Assembly: GCF_000143415.4 (NCBI RefSeq)
Contig: NW_003314293.1
Coordinates: 1,432,457-1,496,456 of the forward strand
Length of the DNA: 64,000 nt
Direction of reading: 5' to 3'
DNA from: Selaginella moellendorffii
Taxonomy: Eukaryota; Plantae; Lycopodiophyta
How positions within the stretch are numbered: the stretch's first letter is position 1; every line of letters starts with the position of its first letter. Of this stretch, positions 1 to 11,299 are shown piece after piece. The translations under genes and the position numbers were made by a program. The notes under the pieces are model-generated. The model was not told where the DNA came from and searched no databases. It saw nothing but the letters and a program-made list of their open reading frames with translations.

Positions 1-21
1 TCGGATGATCTTTTTCGCCCA

Positions 22-264
22 ACTCTCGAATCCTGGATCAATCAAACGCTATAACTACCAGATAAAAAATGCAAGGTCCTACTTCTGGATCAAATGGTTA
101 ACTCTTTGCTTCTGGAACAACTGGCTCGTGTTGTTTAAGTTTGCAGATGCAGCAGAAAAGAGACGCTGTTGGTGGATTGAAGTTCTCCAACCCAAAGCAG
201 AGCATGTAGTTGCTGCAGTAGCCAGGAGAAAGAACACGCATGTCAGCATTAGGAAAAATGCCAT
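22..264 (-). pseudogene. 5' fragment of serine carboxypeptidase S28 gene (signal-peptide exon)
   Basis: Reads MAFFLMLTCVFFLLATAATTCSALGWRTS and mirrors 39433-39676. It has a 1-nt deletion at NHFDP and is truncated at the duplication edge. Confidence 0.8.
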
Positions 265-933
265 GATCAAACGAACCTCGGTTTGCTGATATTTAAAGCA
301 AGCTGCCGGGATGCCGACAATTCCGAAACTATTATTCATGTCAATGATGGAAGCATAGGAGGCAGCAGATTTTGTTGTTTTCTTTTAGGAATAGAACACA
401 AACGGCTGTCTCATATGTTTTACGGCGAATCTTTTCTATTACTTGACGAATGGAGCTCCGTCCAAGCAACACCCTTGTTTCTTTTGATTGACTAGCCACT
501 GTGAGAGAATGTTGATCTAATGTTAAAAAATGATGAATGGTAGGGACCTTACCTGAGAAATATTTGGAGTCTAGTGTCGTCCTGAAGTTCCAAAGTCACC
601 AGTAATTGCCATCGATCTGTAAAAGAAAAAAAAAAAGAGCAAGCTGGAAGAGGTGACTACTTGAGAGAAAGTAAAAATCTTATCAAGTTTTAGTTTGTTT
701 CCTGCGAGGTCAAGACCAAAAATAATAGGATCCATGCAGTATAATTTAATAACTAGCTCGTGCGAAGCGCCGCCTCTGGATCGGAAATCTGCCTCAAATG
801 CTTGGTAAGTTTGATCTGAAACAATCGACGAACCTATGCACCGGATGTAAGCCGAAGGAAGGAAGCACACCGCCATTCCCCTAAACCCTAGCAATTTGAA
901 TGGGGGCGGGAGAAACCAAAGCATCATTTTGTA

Positions 934-2796
934 CTACGAGGAAAGCCACTCCATGTACAAAGATATAAATGCGTGGGCCTTCGTTAGCTCTTGGCACTGA
1001 TCTAGATCTGAGAATCCAATCCAATGTTAAAAACAGGGTATACAGAAATTATTACTACAGAAGCTATACCAGTTTCTATGGTACATTCTGGCCAAAGGTC
1101 TTGGCAATGTGCGCAGTTATTGCACGTTAATATAAAGAAAGGCTCTGTGAATTCATCTTTGCTTAAAGTCTTCGAAGCAAAACAATAAGTTACCATAAGG
1201 AGAGAAAGTTTGTTTTGACACGCCATGGATCCTGTGAGCCATTCAGGAAGATAATTCTAGTGCTGCTTGTTTAAGACCAGAATCAAGCTAGCAAAAGAAA
1301 GAACGAATTAATTACCAGAAATATCCCATCCTCCATAGTTCTCTTTTGAAGCTTTGACATCTGGGAATGTCTCGTGGCCAAAACAATTCAGCACAGTAGT
1401 GGATGAATTACCTGTTAATTGTAAGAAATACATCTAAGGCACATAATTTGAAAGAGTAAAACATGAACAAACTTACTAAGGTCTAGCCGAATGCTGTCGT
1501 TGGCCGGAGAAACGTGGAAGGCTGCCAATTCTGTGCAAACTTGGTACGCATAGCTCATAGAGTTTATAGCACCGATATCGTTTGCTTCAGCTCGCCTTTT
1601 CAGCTCATTTGCATCGTAAAGTTCAACGGAAGAACGATTCAGGCTCAGAAGATTGGCAAACGCCCTCTATAAAAAAGCAAAAAAATTGACCTTTATGAAA
1701 GAAAAGTTACCAGAAGGTCTGTTTTGTTCTGAACAGCTTCCAGAAGTGGAGCACAAAGGTTGTCAGATCTACCATATTGCACCTAGCATAAACAAAATGC
1801 TTGTCAACCTTTGTATAAATTCTCACGATGTTTACTTACAAAACCAGCTCCAATGTCTGCTATCAGCGATAGAAGTCATCGCCTTTAAGCTGTCAAATGT
1901 AGTGTTCACAAGTAAACACGAAGGAACTCCAAAGACAATACCTTTTCCTCAGAGAACATGGATTTAACGGGTGCTGAATTTGCTACCAGGCCTTCTTCGG
2001 CCAGCTTTGTAATCTCCTGTAATTCTTTCTTGCATTCGGGACCAGCAGAAACTCCAATCTACAAGAGAAACAAAGAAACATGAGCGAGCTTTGGCGTGAG
2101 TAAACATACTTGCTCGTCATAATCACTGTATTCCAAGATTGTTTGGACCACGGCTGAGCTTCCCAGCTTGCAGCAACCAAGTGCGGGAATTTCAGTACTA
2201 CGCACTCAAGGCACCTCCCACAACAATCCATGGATTCTTGTCTTGCTTGTTATATCGTTGAATAATCAAGTTCTGTATAAGAAAACGGAAATCACACGGT
2301 AAGATCATCATCCACTTAATGCCTGATAGTTGGAATAAAGCTTGCTGCGTCGTGAGATACTTAAGATTCTCATAAGTGAAGTTTTGAAGGGGGAACCGTC
2401 TCCGTAATACTGACGCTCGACAGTCACGATTGCCCCTTCCAATGATTTCACAAGAGTTTTCTAATCAAACACTGATGACAAGAAAGATTGGGCCTTGCCG
2501 AGGCTGAAAGTAGGAGCTCATAGTATTTCTGAGAAAATACTCTCGAATCCTGGATACATCAAGTGTATTACGACAAAAAAATCGGGTTGTATAAATAAGC
2601 CCACCTCTTGGAACTTTTTGATGCAGGAAGAATGAAATCGTCTCGTTCGTGTTAGTAGATCACCGGAGGAGAACTGGTGTTCGTGAAGTGAATTTCTACA
2701 TGTGTAAAAGGTTATTATTAGTAAAATATCTCCAGCCCGAGTCGCTGCAGCAGCCAAGAAAAAGAAGAAACATGCCAAAACTGGAAAACTCGCCAT
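934..2796 (-). pseudogene. Serine carboxypeptidase S28 pseudogene (inverted copy of 36904-38738)
   Basis: Contains LKFPHLVAASW, CAHCQDL and EFTEPFFILTC fragments with frameshifts. Confidence 0.8.
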
Positions 2797-3176
2797 GATC
2801 TCACGTCAAAGAATCTACTGATATTTGAAGCAAGCTTGCCGGAAGGACTGCTTTGGAGAAGTTTCCAGTCAATGCCGGAAACATAAGAGACAACCATTGT
2901 TAAGACGAACGGCTGTCTCATATGGTTCATACCGAATCTTTTTCTAGAAGTTGCAATAAACCTTTCGTTGTATACTATGTTTAGGATCTCATCCGCGAGT
3001 TACAAGAAAGAAAGAGCTGACTTACCATTTATGATACATCACACCATAAGTAATCTACAAAATAATAAAGGTCGAGCTCGAACATTACAAGCATACCTGG
3101 TAGCTTCTCTTCCGTGAGTAGATCCAAAATCAAGCCAAAGTAACAGCACAGAGAGCAAAGCGTAAGCAGCGAACTA

Positions 3177-4020
3177 GTATTACTTCGAGCTCCGATCACA
3201 GTTAATTGAACCAAGAGTACGAGATAGAGCAAGTACTAACTCGAGATCAACTTCTCCGTGAAACCGAGTAATCCATGAGCATAGACTCATGCCTGCCGCC
3301 GGAGACACGACGAAGTCTGCCTCGCACTGAAACGGCAGCATTTGCTTGATCCACTCCGCTTCCCGCACCTTTAAGGGGATCCGGCCTGGTTACGAGTATG
3401 TTCTTGAGCAGGCCCCTCACCTCCCTTGACAGGTAACCGAAGTTGCCATCAAGGCCATAGCATGTCAGCTGGAGATCACTCTTATCCTCCTCCTGATCCC
3501 ACAAAAGCCAAGACTTTGTGTCCGCAACTGCTTGCTCCTTGCATTGACATACACGGTAACCACAGGAAGACTTTCCACTTGGTGAGCTCGGATGAGACAC
3601 CGCCCCTCGTCTTCAGGGACACAACGCAGCAAGTCATCCCCTCAGGAAGAATGAGATCGGCACCACGCATATCGTTTTCCGCTTGATGCCCGATAGCAAG
3701 GCCTCCTGCAAAGTATCTCGCTGCAGTATCCGGGACTTCCCGCACGGCAAAAGAATTGCAGAACAGGGGACCACCACTTTGATCGGATGAAGGTACCAGC
3801 TAAGCATACCGCTTCACTTCTTGAACTTGAGCAGGCTAGCAGCTGGGCGTCGCTGGAAGAGCGACAAACAACCTGTTTTTCATAGTAATACGACGTTCAT
3901 ATGTGACGCTACCATCGGGCAGCGAGGACACACCTGCAGGCCTGTTGCAGCAGCAAACAATACCATCCCTGGCTCTCTGTCACCTTGCCTTCAATGGCGA
4001 ACTCATTACTGATTCCCATT
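3177..4020 (-). pseudogene. Frameshifted copy of the Cys-rich ORF at 35675-36517
   Basis: Shares peptide segments (GYRVCQCKEQAVAD, SLCSWITR) split across frames. Confidence 0.65.
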
Positions 4021-5795
4021 TCACCCTATCCTATTCTGGCGGCCCGCACAGGCCTTCCATACTTCATCCAGGTTGACGAAGAACTATACTCCGCAACGCT
4101 CAGGCCCGGCTTGAGCATGTCTAGTTGCAAAGTTAGCAAGAAGTAGATCGGAGGCAATAAGCATCTCCCGGTCTTCAAGGCCCTGCTGCTGTTGTCCTCG
4201 TCACTCTTTCTTGGCAAAAACTTCGCGGTTGTCCAGCATGAGCACAAAGTAGGCATTCCACGGAAACAAAACTCTGAGCGCCCCGCGGAGCTGAGGTTTC
4301 GTTCAGACCCCTTGCCTCGTCAAACACGAAAACGGCTCGCCTGTCCTCGCCGCACTTTCTCGGCGAGCTGCTGTTGTCCTCGTCGCTCTTTCTCGGCAAA
4401 AGCTTCGCGGTTGAGTCCAGCGCAAAGCTGGCATTCCACGGAAACAAAACTCTGAGCGGGTTTCGTTCAAACCCCCTGCCTCGTCAAACACGAAAACGAC
4501 TCGAGGATTACATCACGGAACTCTGGTCGTAAATGCGCGGCTGGTGATCACCATCCAAGAGCTGTTGCAACTGCTCCAATGTTTTTCCATGATTTCACGC
4601 TTATCCTCAATGTGAGTTCTTCCCACTTCTCGCTCACTGCTCGGGCGATGCCAGAATCGCTGCCAGGCAACTGCTTATCCTTCCACTCCACGGCCGAAGT
4701 TCCTTTCTCCAATTCATGGAGCCAGGCATTCACAAGTAGAACACCATCTCTAGCTCGGTGAAGCTTTGTGTGCCAGGAATTCAGTCTTAAGTCCTTGGCA
4801 GATGAGGAGTCCTTGCCAGGCTGCTGTACACACCTAGCCTGGACATCTCCATGACAGACCTTCGAAGCATTCAGCCATCTAAAATAGAGTTTTAGATTAA
4901 TTATTTTTAATAAAGTTTTTTAAAAAGTAAATTCTTTTGATATTAATAATTTTGGATTTTTATTAACAATAAATAAGTATTTTTAATAATAAAGAATAAA
5001 TAAAATTAGGAATGCTTGGTTAACATTGTAGCTTTAGGCATTTACATAATATTTTTGCTATGTTTTGTTTTTTTTGTTTGTAAAATTAATACAGATTTAA
5101 ATAAAAATAAGTGTTTTAGTTTATAAATAATAAATTTAAAATTTAAATATTTATAGTTGATTATTATTTTATTAACTTGAAATCTAAATTCACATAATCT
5201 TTTAGTTTTTAGGCTTTTGAATAGGCCTAAAAGCAACATAGTTTTCTCTTTTTCAGTAGTATTTTTTAGTCTGAAAACATGTAAACATTAACAGAACATA
5301 GATTGAGATACTTTAAAATAAATTTTTATTATTGACTCACTCTTAATCACCATTAATCACCATATAGTTATATGGAAATCACCATTCTTTTATATTTGAA
5401 ATTTTTATAGTTTAAAATTATAATATAGTTTACTTTATTAAATTCTTCTATTAAATTTCATAAATTAACATTACAATACCAACCACAGTTTTATTAACTT
5501 TTAATTTTCTTTTCAACCTTAAACTTTTTCTAAAATACTTAAATTAAATGTACCAATGTAATTTATAAGCATAATTTATAAACACAATTTTGTAGTTTCT
5601 CTTAGATGATTTATTTAACTAATCATACCAAAAAGAAAAGAAAATATTAAATTATTTTAACTAATATTATGTGTTATTTAAATTTTTCACAATTGTGATT
5701 GTTACATCTATTATACACTTATTTTTATTTCTTCTATTCACAAAACTAACTAATGATCTTTTTAAATGTAATGAAACTTAACTATACATACATAC

Positions 5796-5826
<31 letters not shown>

Positions 5827-6067
5827 CAATACATTTAAAAAGATCATTAGTTAATTTTGTAAATATCAAAGACCTTACAATTAATAGAGCAATCTAAAAT
5901 TCTAACTTTTCTATAAAGCTCAGTAATATGAAGTTACACTAAGAGAAATCCTGCTGAGTATGATCCATCCAAGCTTAGGAAGCCTCGAATAAACTAGCTC
6001 CCAGTCACACTTAGAGAAATCACTTACTACATTGATCAAGGGTTTTTCTTTTTGGGCGGGCAATTTC

Positions 6068-6813
6068 AAAGAAAGTCCGAGCTGGTTCTTCACGACGATC
6101 TCGCAGCGAATCCAGCTGCCACGGCTGCGCCGAGCAATTCCAGGTCGATCGCGTCCAGCGCAAGGGCTTCCACCATCGCATCGGCCGCAAGATTCGGCGA
6201 TGTCTTGCCAACGTCGATCCGCGGCGGCCCCAGCGCTTCCTCGGCGATCCCTGGCCACGGCGCAAGCTCTTCCTCCTCCACATCGATCCCGCGTTCTCTC
6301 GATCCAGGGCCTTCAAGCTCCGTAATATTCTTCCCACGCTCCAGGGGCGAGGATCCGAGCAGCTCCAGCGCCACAGCACCCGGCGGAGGTAATCCGAGCA
6401 GCTCCAGCGCCGTAATATCGATGCCGAGCTCTGGCGAGGCCGAATCGAGCACTCGCGGCCGTCGCGGCGAGGGTCCGAGCTCTTCCAGGGCCGAAATATC
6501 AAGCGTGGAGAATCCGAGCTCTCGCGCTCCGGAGAATCCGAGCTCTTCCGACAGTGCTGACGCGGCCCCGAACGCGAGCGATTCCGACACTGGCGACATT
6601 TCTACTGTCGAGGACGAATGGCGGCGCGCTCTCAAAGGCAAAGCCAAGGTGATCGATTCCACGCCAAGCAGCAGCAGTCTTTCCTCCGCTGGAACCCTCC
6701 TCGTCGCCATTCCCGCATTCTCTTCTCCTCCAAATCTTCCGCCAGCGCCATCACCGCCATCACCGCGACCAAGTTGCTGCCGTAAGTGGTTCTGCGGCTG
6801 CAACATCCTCTAG
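6068..6813 (+). pseudogene. Copy of the Ser/Pro-rich CaaX protein gene with its ATG and MGNKPS start deleted
   Basis: Near-identical to 32653-33417, but caatttcaa joins directly to agaaagtccgag, removing atggggaacaagccttcc. Confidence 0.75.
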
Positions 6814-7070
6814 ATTCTTTCTCCTGCTCGCAAGCCTCGATCTTTTTGCAGCTCTTTTTCCATCGATTGATCGACGAGAAGATCACTGGAAATAACCATC
6901 GCTCTTGTAAGTTTCATGGCATTTAGTGTTCTTGGTTATCGGATAACTCTTTCTATTTGCCAGGAGATCTCTTGTTGCCTACCGTACACACCTTGCCGTA
7001 CTCGAGCTTGCGCGTTCGCCACGTAGTAGAGAATATCCCACGGGACAGAGTATCTAATGGAGGAAAGGAA

Positions 7071-8127
7071 ATGGTAGCTGCGAGGGCAATGGCGGCAGGG
7101 CTCCCGGCCTGTTCTTCTTCAGGTAAGCTCTTTAGGATGTCATTCCAGCAGCTAGACCATAGACCCACTCGATCTCTCTTTTCCTTGCATGGTGGAGCAG
7201 CCTTTTCTCTTGGGACGATACTGGCACCGCAATTTCCAGTCAGCTCTTCCGCTTGACAAAGATTTCCTGCCATCGCTTCCGGTTTAGGGTTTAACCCTAA
7301 ACCCTAAACCCTAAACCCTAAATCCGTCCACTCTACTCTTGGATTTCGTCTCGCAGCGCAAGGAAGAAAAGCTCGGTGGTATCTTTTGCTCGGCTACTCA
7401 CGCTGGCGGCGATGATTCAAGCTCATCAAAGACTTCCAGAGCCACTCGGCCGCCGAAAGATCCACAGTCGATCCGAGAGAAAGCTCTGGCTTTCGTGGAC
7501 AAGCAGGCCGGTTTCCTGTGGCTACTCGGTCCAGTGCTGGCAACCTCGGCAGTGGTCCTCCCGACGCTCTCACTCTCCCTGATCGATCTCCTCCAGGCCA
7601 ACTTCTGGATCGGGCTTGGCACCGTCTTCGCCCTCGACTTGATCTACGTGCTCGCCGCCGACGCCTTCTTCGTCTTCGCGGACAAATGCGGCCACCAGCA
7701 GAGCGTCCCGGGTGAGCTCCCGCCCTGGGAGATCCTCGGCTATCCCAAAGGTCTGCCTCAAGTCTGGGACTACACCACGTACGCGGGTATTGGAGTGGGC
7801 AGCGTTTGCTCTGGTGATGTCCATCTTTTCGGGAAAGCCGGGCGTGGCTCTCGCGGTGTTTGGCCCCTACTTGGCGTTCATCCTCGTCCAGGCGGCGTAC
7901 GAGCGGCTGCTTTGCAAGGAGAGGCTGCCAACTTATCCACTGGTGGCGGCGGTGTATACCATGTATCGGTTTCGGCAGCTGGGGCGGGCGATGGAGCTGC
8001 TCGGTGCGTTTGGAGCTGGGTGGGCAGCGTGAGAGTGTTGATGGCCATCTGGACCTTTTATCTCGCCACCTTTCTCTCGCAGTTGCCATGGCTGTATTGC
8101 ACTTGGAACGCGAATAAAATCTCTTAG
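7071..8127 (+). pseudogene. Frameshifted copy of the membrane protein gene at 31344-32396
   Basis: Same peptide split across frames, with small deletions and a telomeric insertion at ~7283-7320. Confidence 0.85.
7281..7322. repeat. Interstitial plant telomere repeats, head-to-head (GGTTTAGGGTTT / (AACCCTA)4)
   Basis: ggtttagggtttaaccctaaaccctaaaccctaaaccctaaa is absent from the parental copy at ~32172-32182. Confidence 0.9.
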
Positions 8128-8267
8128 AATGTAAGAGAGCTTCTTTTTAGTGCTTTGAGAATGTGAGAATCCATACCTGGTGGTGGTGGTGGCTCCACCT
8201 TTGTTATCTGTTGCTACAGTAGAGCATTCCAAGTTGGATGGAGCTTGCTACCTTTTGCTCGCAAAAT

Positions 8268-10184
8268 TTACTTTGAAGAAAGCTTGTGAGCTTCTTGTGG
8301 GATCATGAGTTCCTCATAGTCATCGACCAGAGCCTGGACAAAACCACAGTGACATTCTAACGAGAGCGGCTCGGAAAGCCTTACCTTGAACTGTGAGCCT
8401 TGGAGGGTGTACGAGACAACCAGCTGCTTTGGCTGGCCCGGGCATGGATCACAAAAGCCCATCAATCCGGCGTGGAGCTGCATGAAACATAGATCAAAAC
8501 GACACGAGTTCCTCCATGTAGAGAAACTTTACCTTGAGCTGACCAGAGTCGTCGACAAGGAACTGCAGAGGTATGGTCACGTCAATCGTTGGAGGGGTGT
8601 CTTCTCCAGACACGTTTCCATCCCGGGCCTTGAGATCGCCGTAAATGGCTTTGGCAATGATCAAGCCTCCTGTCTCCTCCGCTTTCGCAACTTTACAATG
8701 AGCAACGTTTTTCAAAAGATCTTGAGCCTTTTCGGCGTTTGCCCGAGACTCTTGAACCTGTTAATCCTGGTCAGGGACACTGAAATTAACAGCCTTCTAC
8801 AGACCTGTGTTACTGTCGACTTTCGCTGTTCCAGCTTCTTCGCTTCTGCTCTCTTTTAGAAATACGGCTTAAAGACGTACTTCTGCGAGCACGAAAGACA
8901 AACAGATTACCAGAGGTTCGAGGTCTTCATAAATGTACCTTGAGAACAACATATAGAGTCGATGGTAAGAGAAGTGCACCAAGTGCCACTACCGGATCAA
9001 AACGCGCTGCAAGTAAAAGCTGCACAGGACGAGGAACCATATAACACAAGAAAGAAAGTACTCGTGAAACTGCTAACCGGCACGACGAACTTCTGGCCAC
9101 CTCGAGTGAACCTGAATTTCCAAGACACTCCCTGCAGCACAAGCGCAGATTACTAGAAGGCCTATATAACAAAAAAACAGATAACAAGTACCTGAAGGCC
9201 TATCACGCAGAACATTCCAGCCGAGCTATGGTCAGAGATACTTCTCTCACCACCAATCTCGAGCTCAACACCAGTACTGCATAGATATTCTAGTTACCAA
9301 ATGACTTTCACAGATGAGCATACCTCCCAAGTCGAGCGCTAACTTTCCCCTTGGACTTGCCAGACAGTTGCCTGGTGACTTGGCCACTGATTCCTGCCGC
9401 TGCTGGACCGGCTTTGATCTCAGAGCTTATCGAGTTTTTGGTTCCTTTGTGTTGCCAGCCCAGAACTAAACCCGCTTGATTCGGATCAGGACCAAGAAAG
9501 AGCAAAAGCTGAGCATTCAAATCTCAGTATAATGAAAAACAGAAGACCACAAACTCCTTACAGTTGCGGTCGTGTTTTCAGCGATCTGCCTCGTCCATGA
9601 TTCACCCAGAGTTACGTGTCCACTCCGCAGCAAGTAAGAGAGGCTAAGCGTGCCCGATGAATGAGACGATATTTGCCTGATCTTTCCAAGTTTAAACCTC
9701 AGAAAACCACAAGCAACAGAAAATACCTGGTGATCTGCCAGTTCAAAACCGACCGAAGTCCCAAAGTCGCCATGAACTCCAGAGACGTAGCCGGGCAATA
9801 TTGGTGGCGAAGCACTCCAGTCATGGAGCCTCCTCCCATGTTTCTTCGAAGAAACATGTTGCCACCCGCAAGAACTGTGTCTTTCTTAGACATCTGCGCT
9901 TGAATTTGCGTGGTCATTCCCATCCTGCATAGCTGCTTCAAGTCAGAACACTCGAAAGAAAGAAGAAGAAACAAAGCTCGAAGAGAGTGAAACACCAAGC
10001 TTACGCAGTAAGCGCAGCCCCTTTGAGAAGAGACGATCGCATGGCCTTGACGAGCGAGAGATAGATGACCATCGATCTTGAGTGTAGAATGTGAGACGCG
10101 AGCTTCTGCTCCACCTTCCGTGCCTGGAGCTTCTCGTACTCGTTTCTTACCTCCTCCCTCGTCTTGAGCTTGACCAAGCTCCAG
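8268..10184 (-). pseudogene. Truncated DNAJC11-like copy lacking the J-domain
   Basis: Mirrors 29271-31208. It lacks the HPD-containing exon, has TTA>TAA at 8856-8858 and a 15-bp in-frame deletion near 8470. Confidence 0.85.
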
Positions 10185-10386
10185 GGATGGGAGGTGGTGG
10201 TGACGCTGGGAGGGGAAGTAGAGCTTCCTGAATCTAAATAAGAAACAAATAGTAAGATATAAACAATACAATTGAGATCAATACATACCACTTCTTCAAT
10301 CTTGCTCCATTCGTTAAGGGTGTGTTTGTATGTTTTAAATCTTCCTTGCCAAACTAGAGCCACGAAAAACAATTCACCTGCTCGCA

Positions 10387-11221
10387 TTGCTAATGTTCCC
10401 ACCCAATGCTCTTTAGAACGTTTAAATTTTACTACACATACTTGTGTAGTGAGAACACCAACTTAGCTAGTCACATATTCGTCATGTGGCACAACTAAAC
10501 CACCTAAAAAGAAATGTATGAAAAAATCCATTCGAAAACAAGAAACCAGAAATTAACATTCTGTACACACTCTTGCATTAATTAGCTTATTTTAATGTTA
10601 ATTTCTGGTGTGAACAAGTTAGCATTAAATTTAATAGTTAAATTAAAGTTTACAAATTTAATCTAATAATGTAATGGTATGAATGAATTGCTTTCTCGGG
10701 TTCCTTTTTTCGGTTTTTCTCTCATTAACGATTCTTGACAATAGCGGCCCAAGAACTCTAACGGCTTTAGTGGTGGCAGCAGCAGCGGAATTCTTAGGTG
10801 CATTCCCTTTTTTTCCTTTCCTATTAGAAACGTTGTGTTTTATTTTTCTAGATGGATCTTCTAAGTCTTAAAAGGCTTGTTAGAGATACAATCCACTACG
10901 AAATTTTCCGAAGGTGGGAATCACGGGGGTTTTGATTAAATAATTATTAATTAATTAATTAATTAATTAAATATTAAATTTAATGCTAACTTGTTCACAC
11001 CAAAAATTAACATTAAAATAAGCTAATTAATGCAAGAGCGCGTACAGAATGTTAATTTCTGGTTTCTTGTTTTTGAATGGATTTTTTCATACATTTCTTT
11101 TTAGGTGGTTTAGTTGTGCCACATGACGAGTATGTGACTGGCCAAGTTAGTGTTCTCATTACACAAGTATGTGTAGTGAAATTTGAACGTTCTAGGGAGC
11201 ATTGGGTGGGAACATTAGCAA
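10387..11221. mobile_element. Non-autonomous element with ~250-bp terminal inverted repeats (MULE/foldback-like)
   Basis: 10387-10636 is the reverse complement of ~10973-11221 (ttgctaatgttcccacccaatgctc ... gagcattgggtgggaacattagcaa). No ORF and no clear TSD. Confidence 0.65.
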
Positions 11222-11299
11222 CTTATTTTTAATTCTTCTATTCACAAAACTAACTAATGATCTTTTTAAATGTACTGAATATACATAAATATACATACA

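Larger units (their letters stand above)
22..10184 (-). repeat. Inverted segmental duplicate of ~29271-39676 (S28 fragments, Cys-rich ORF, Ser-rich CaaX gene, membrane gene, DnaJ gene), mostly decayed
   Basis: Reverse complement matches run from actctcgaatcctggatcaatc (22) to ctggagcttgg (29271/10184). The ORF track shows mirrored translations, e.g. 1983-2231 vs 37463-37711 and 9308-9520 vs 29937-30149. Confidence 0.93.

Noticed and set aside
5042-5239. 65-aa ORF repeated at 11863-12060
   Set aside because: AT-rich non-coding sequence; the identity reflects recent duplication, not coding conservation.
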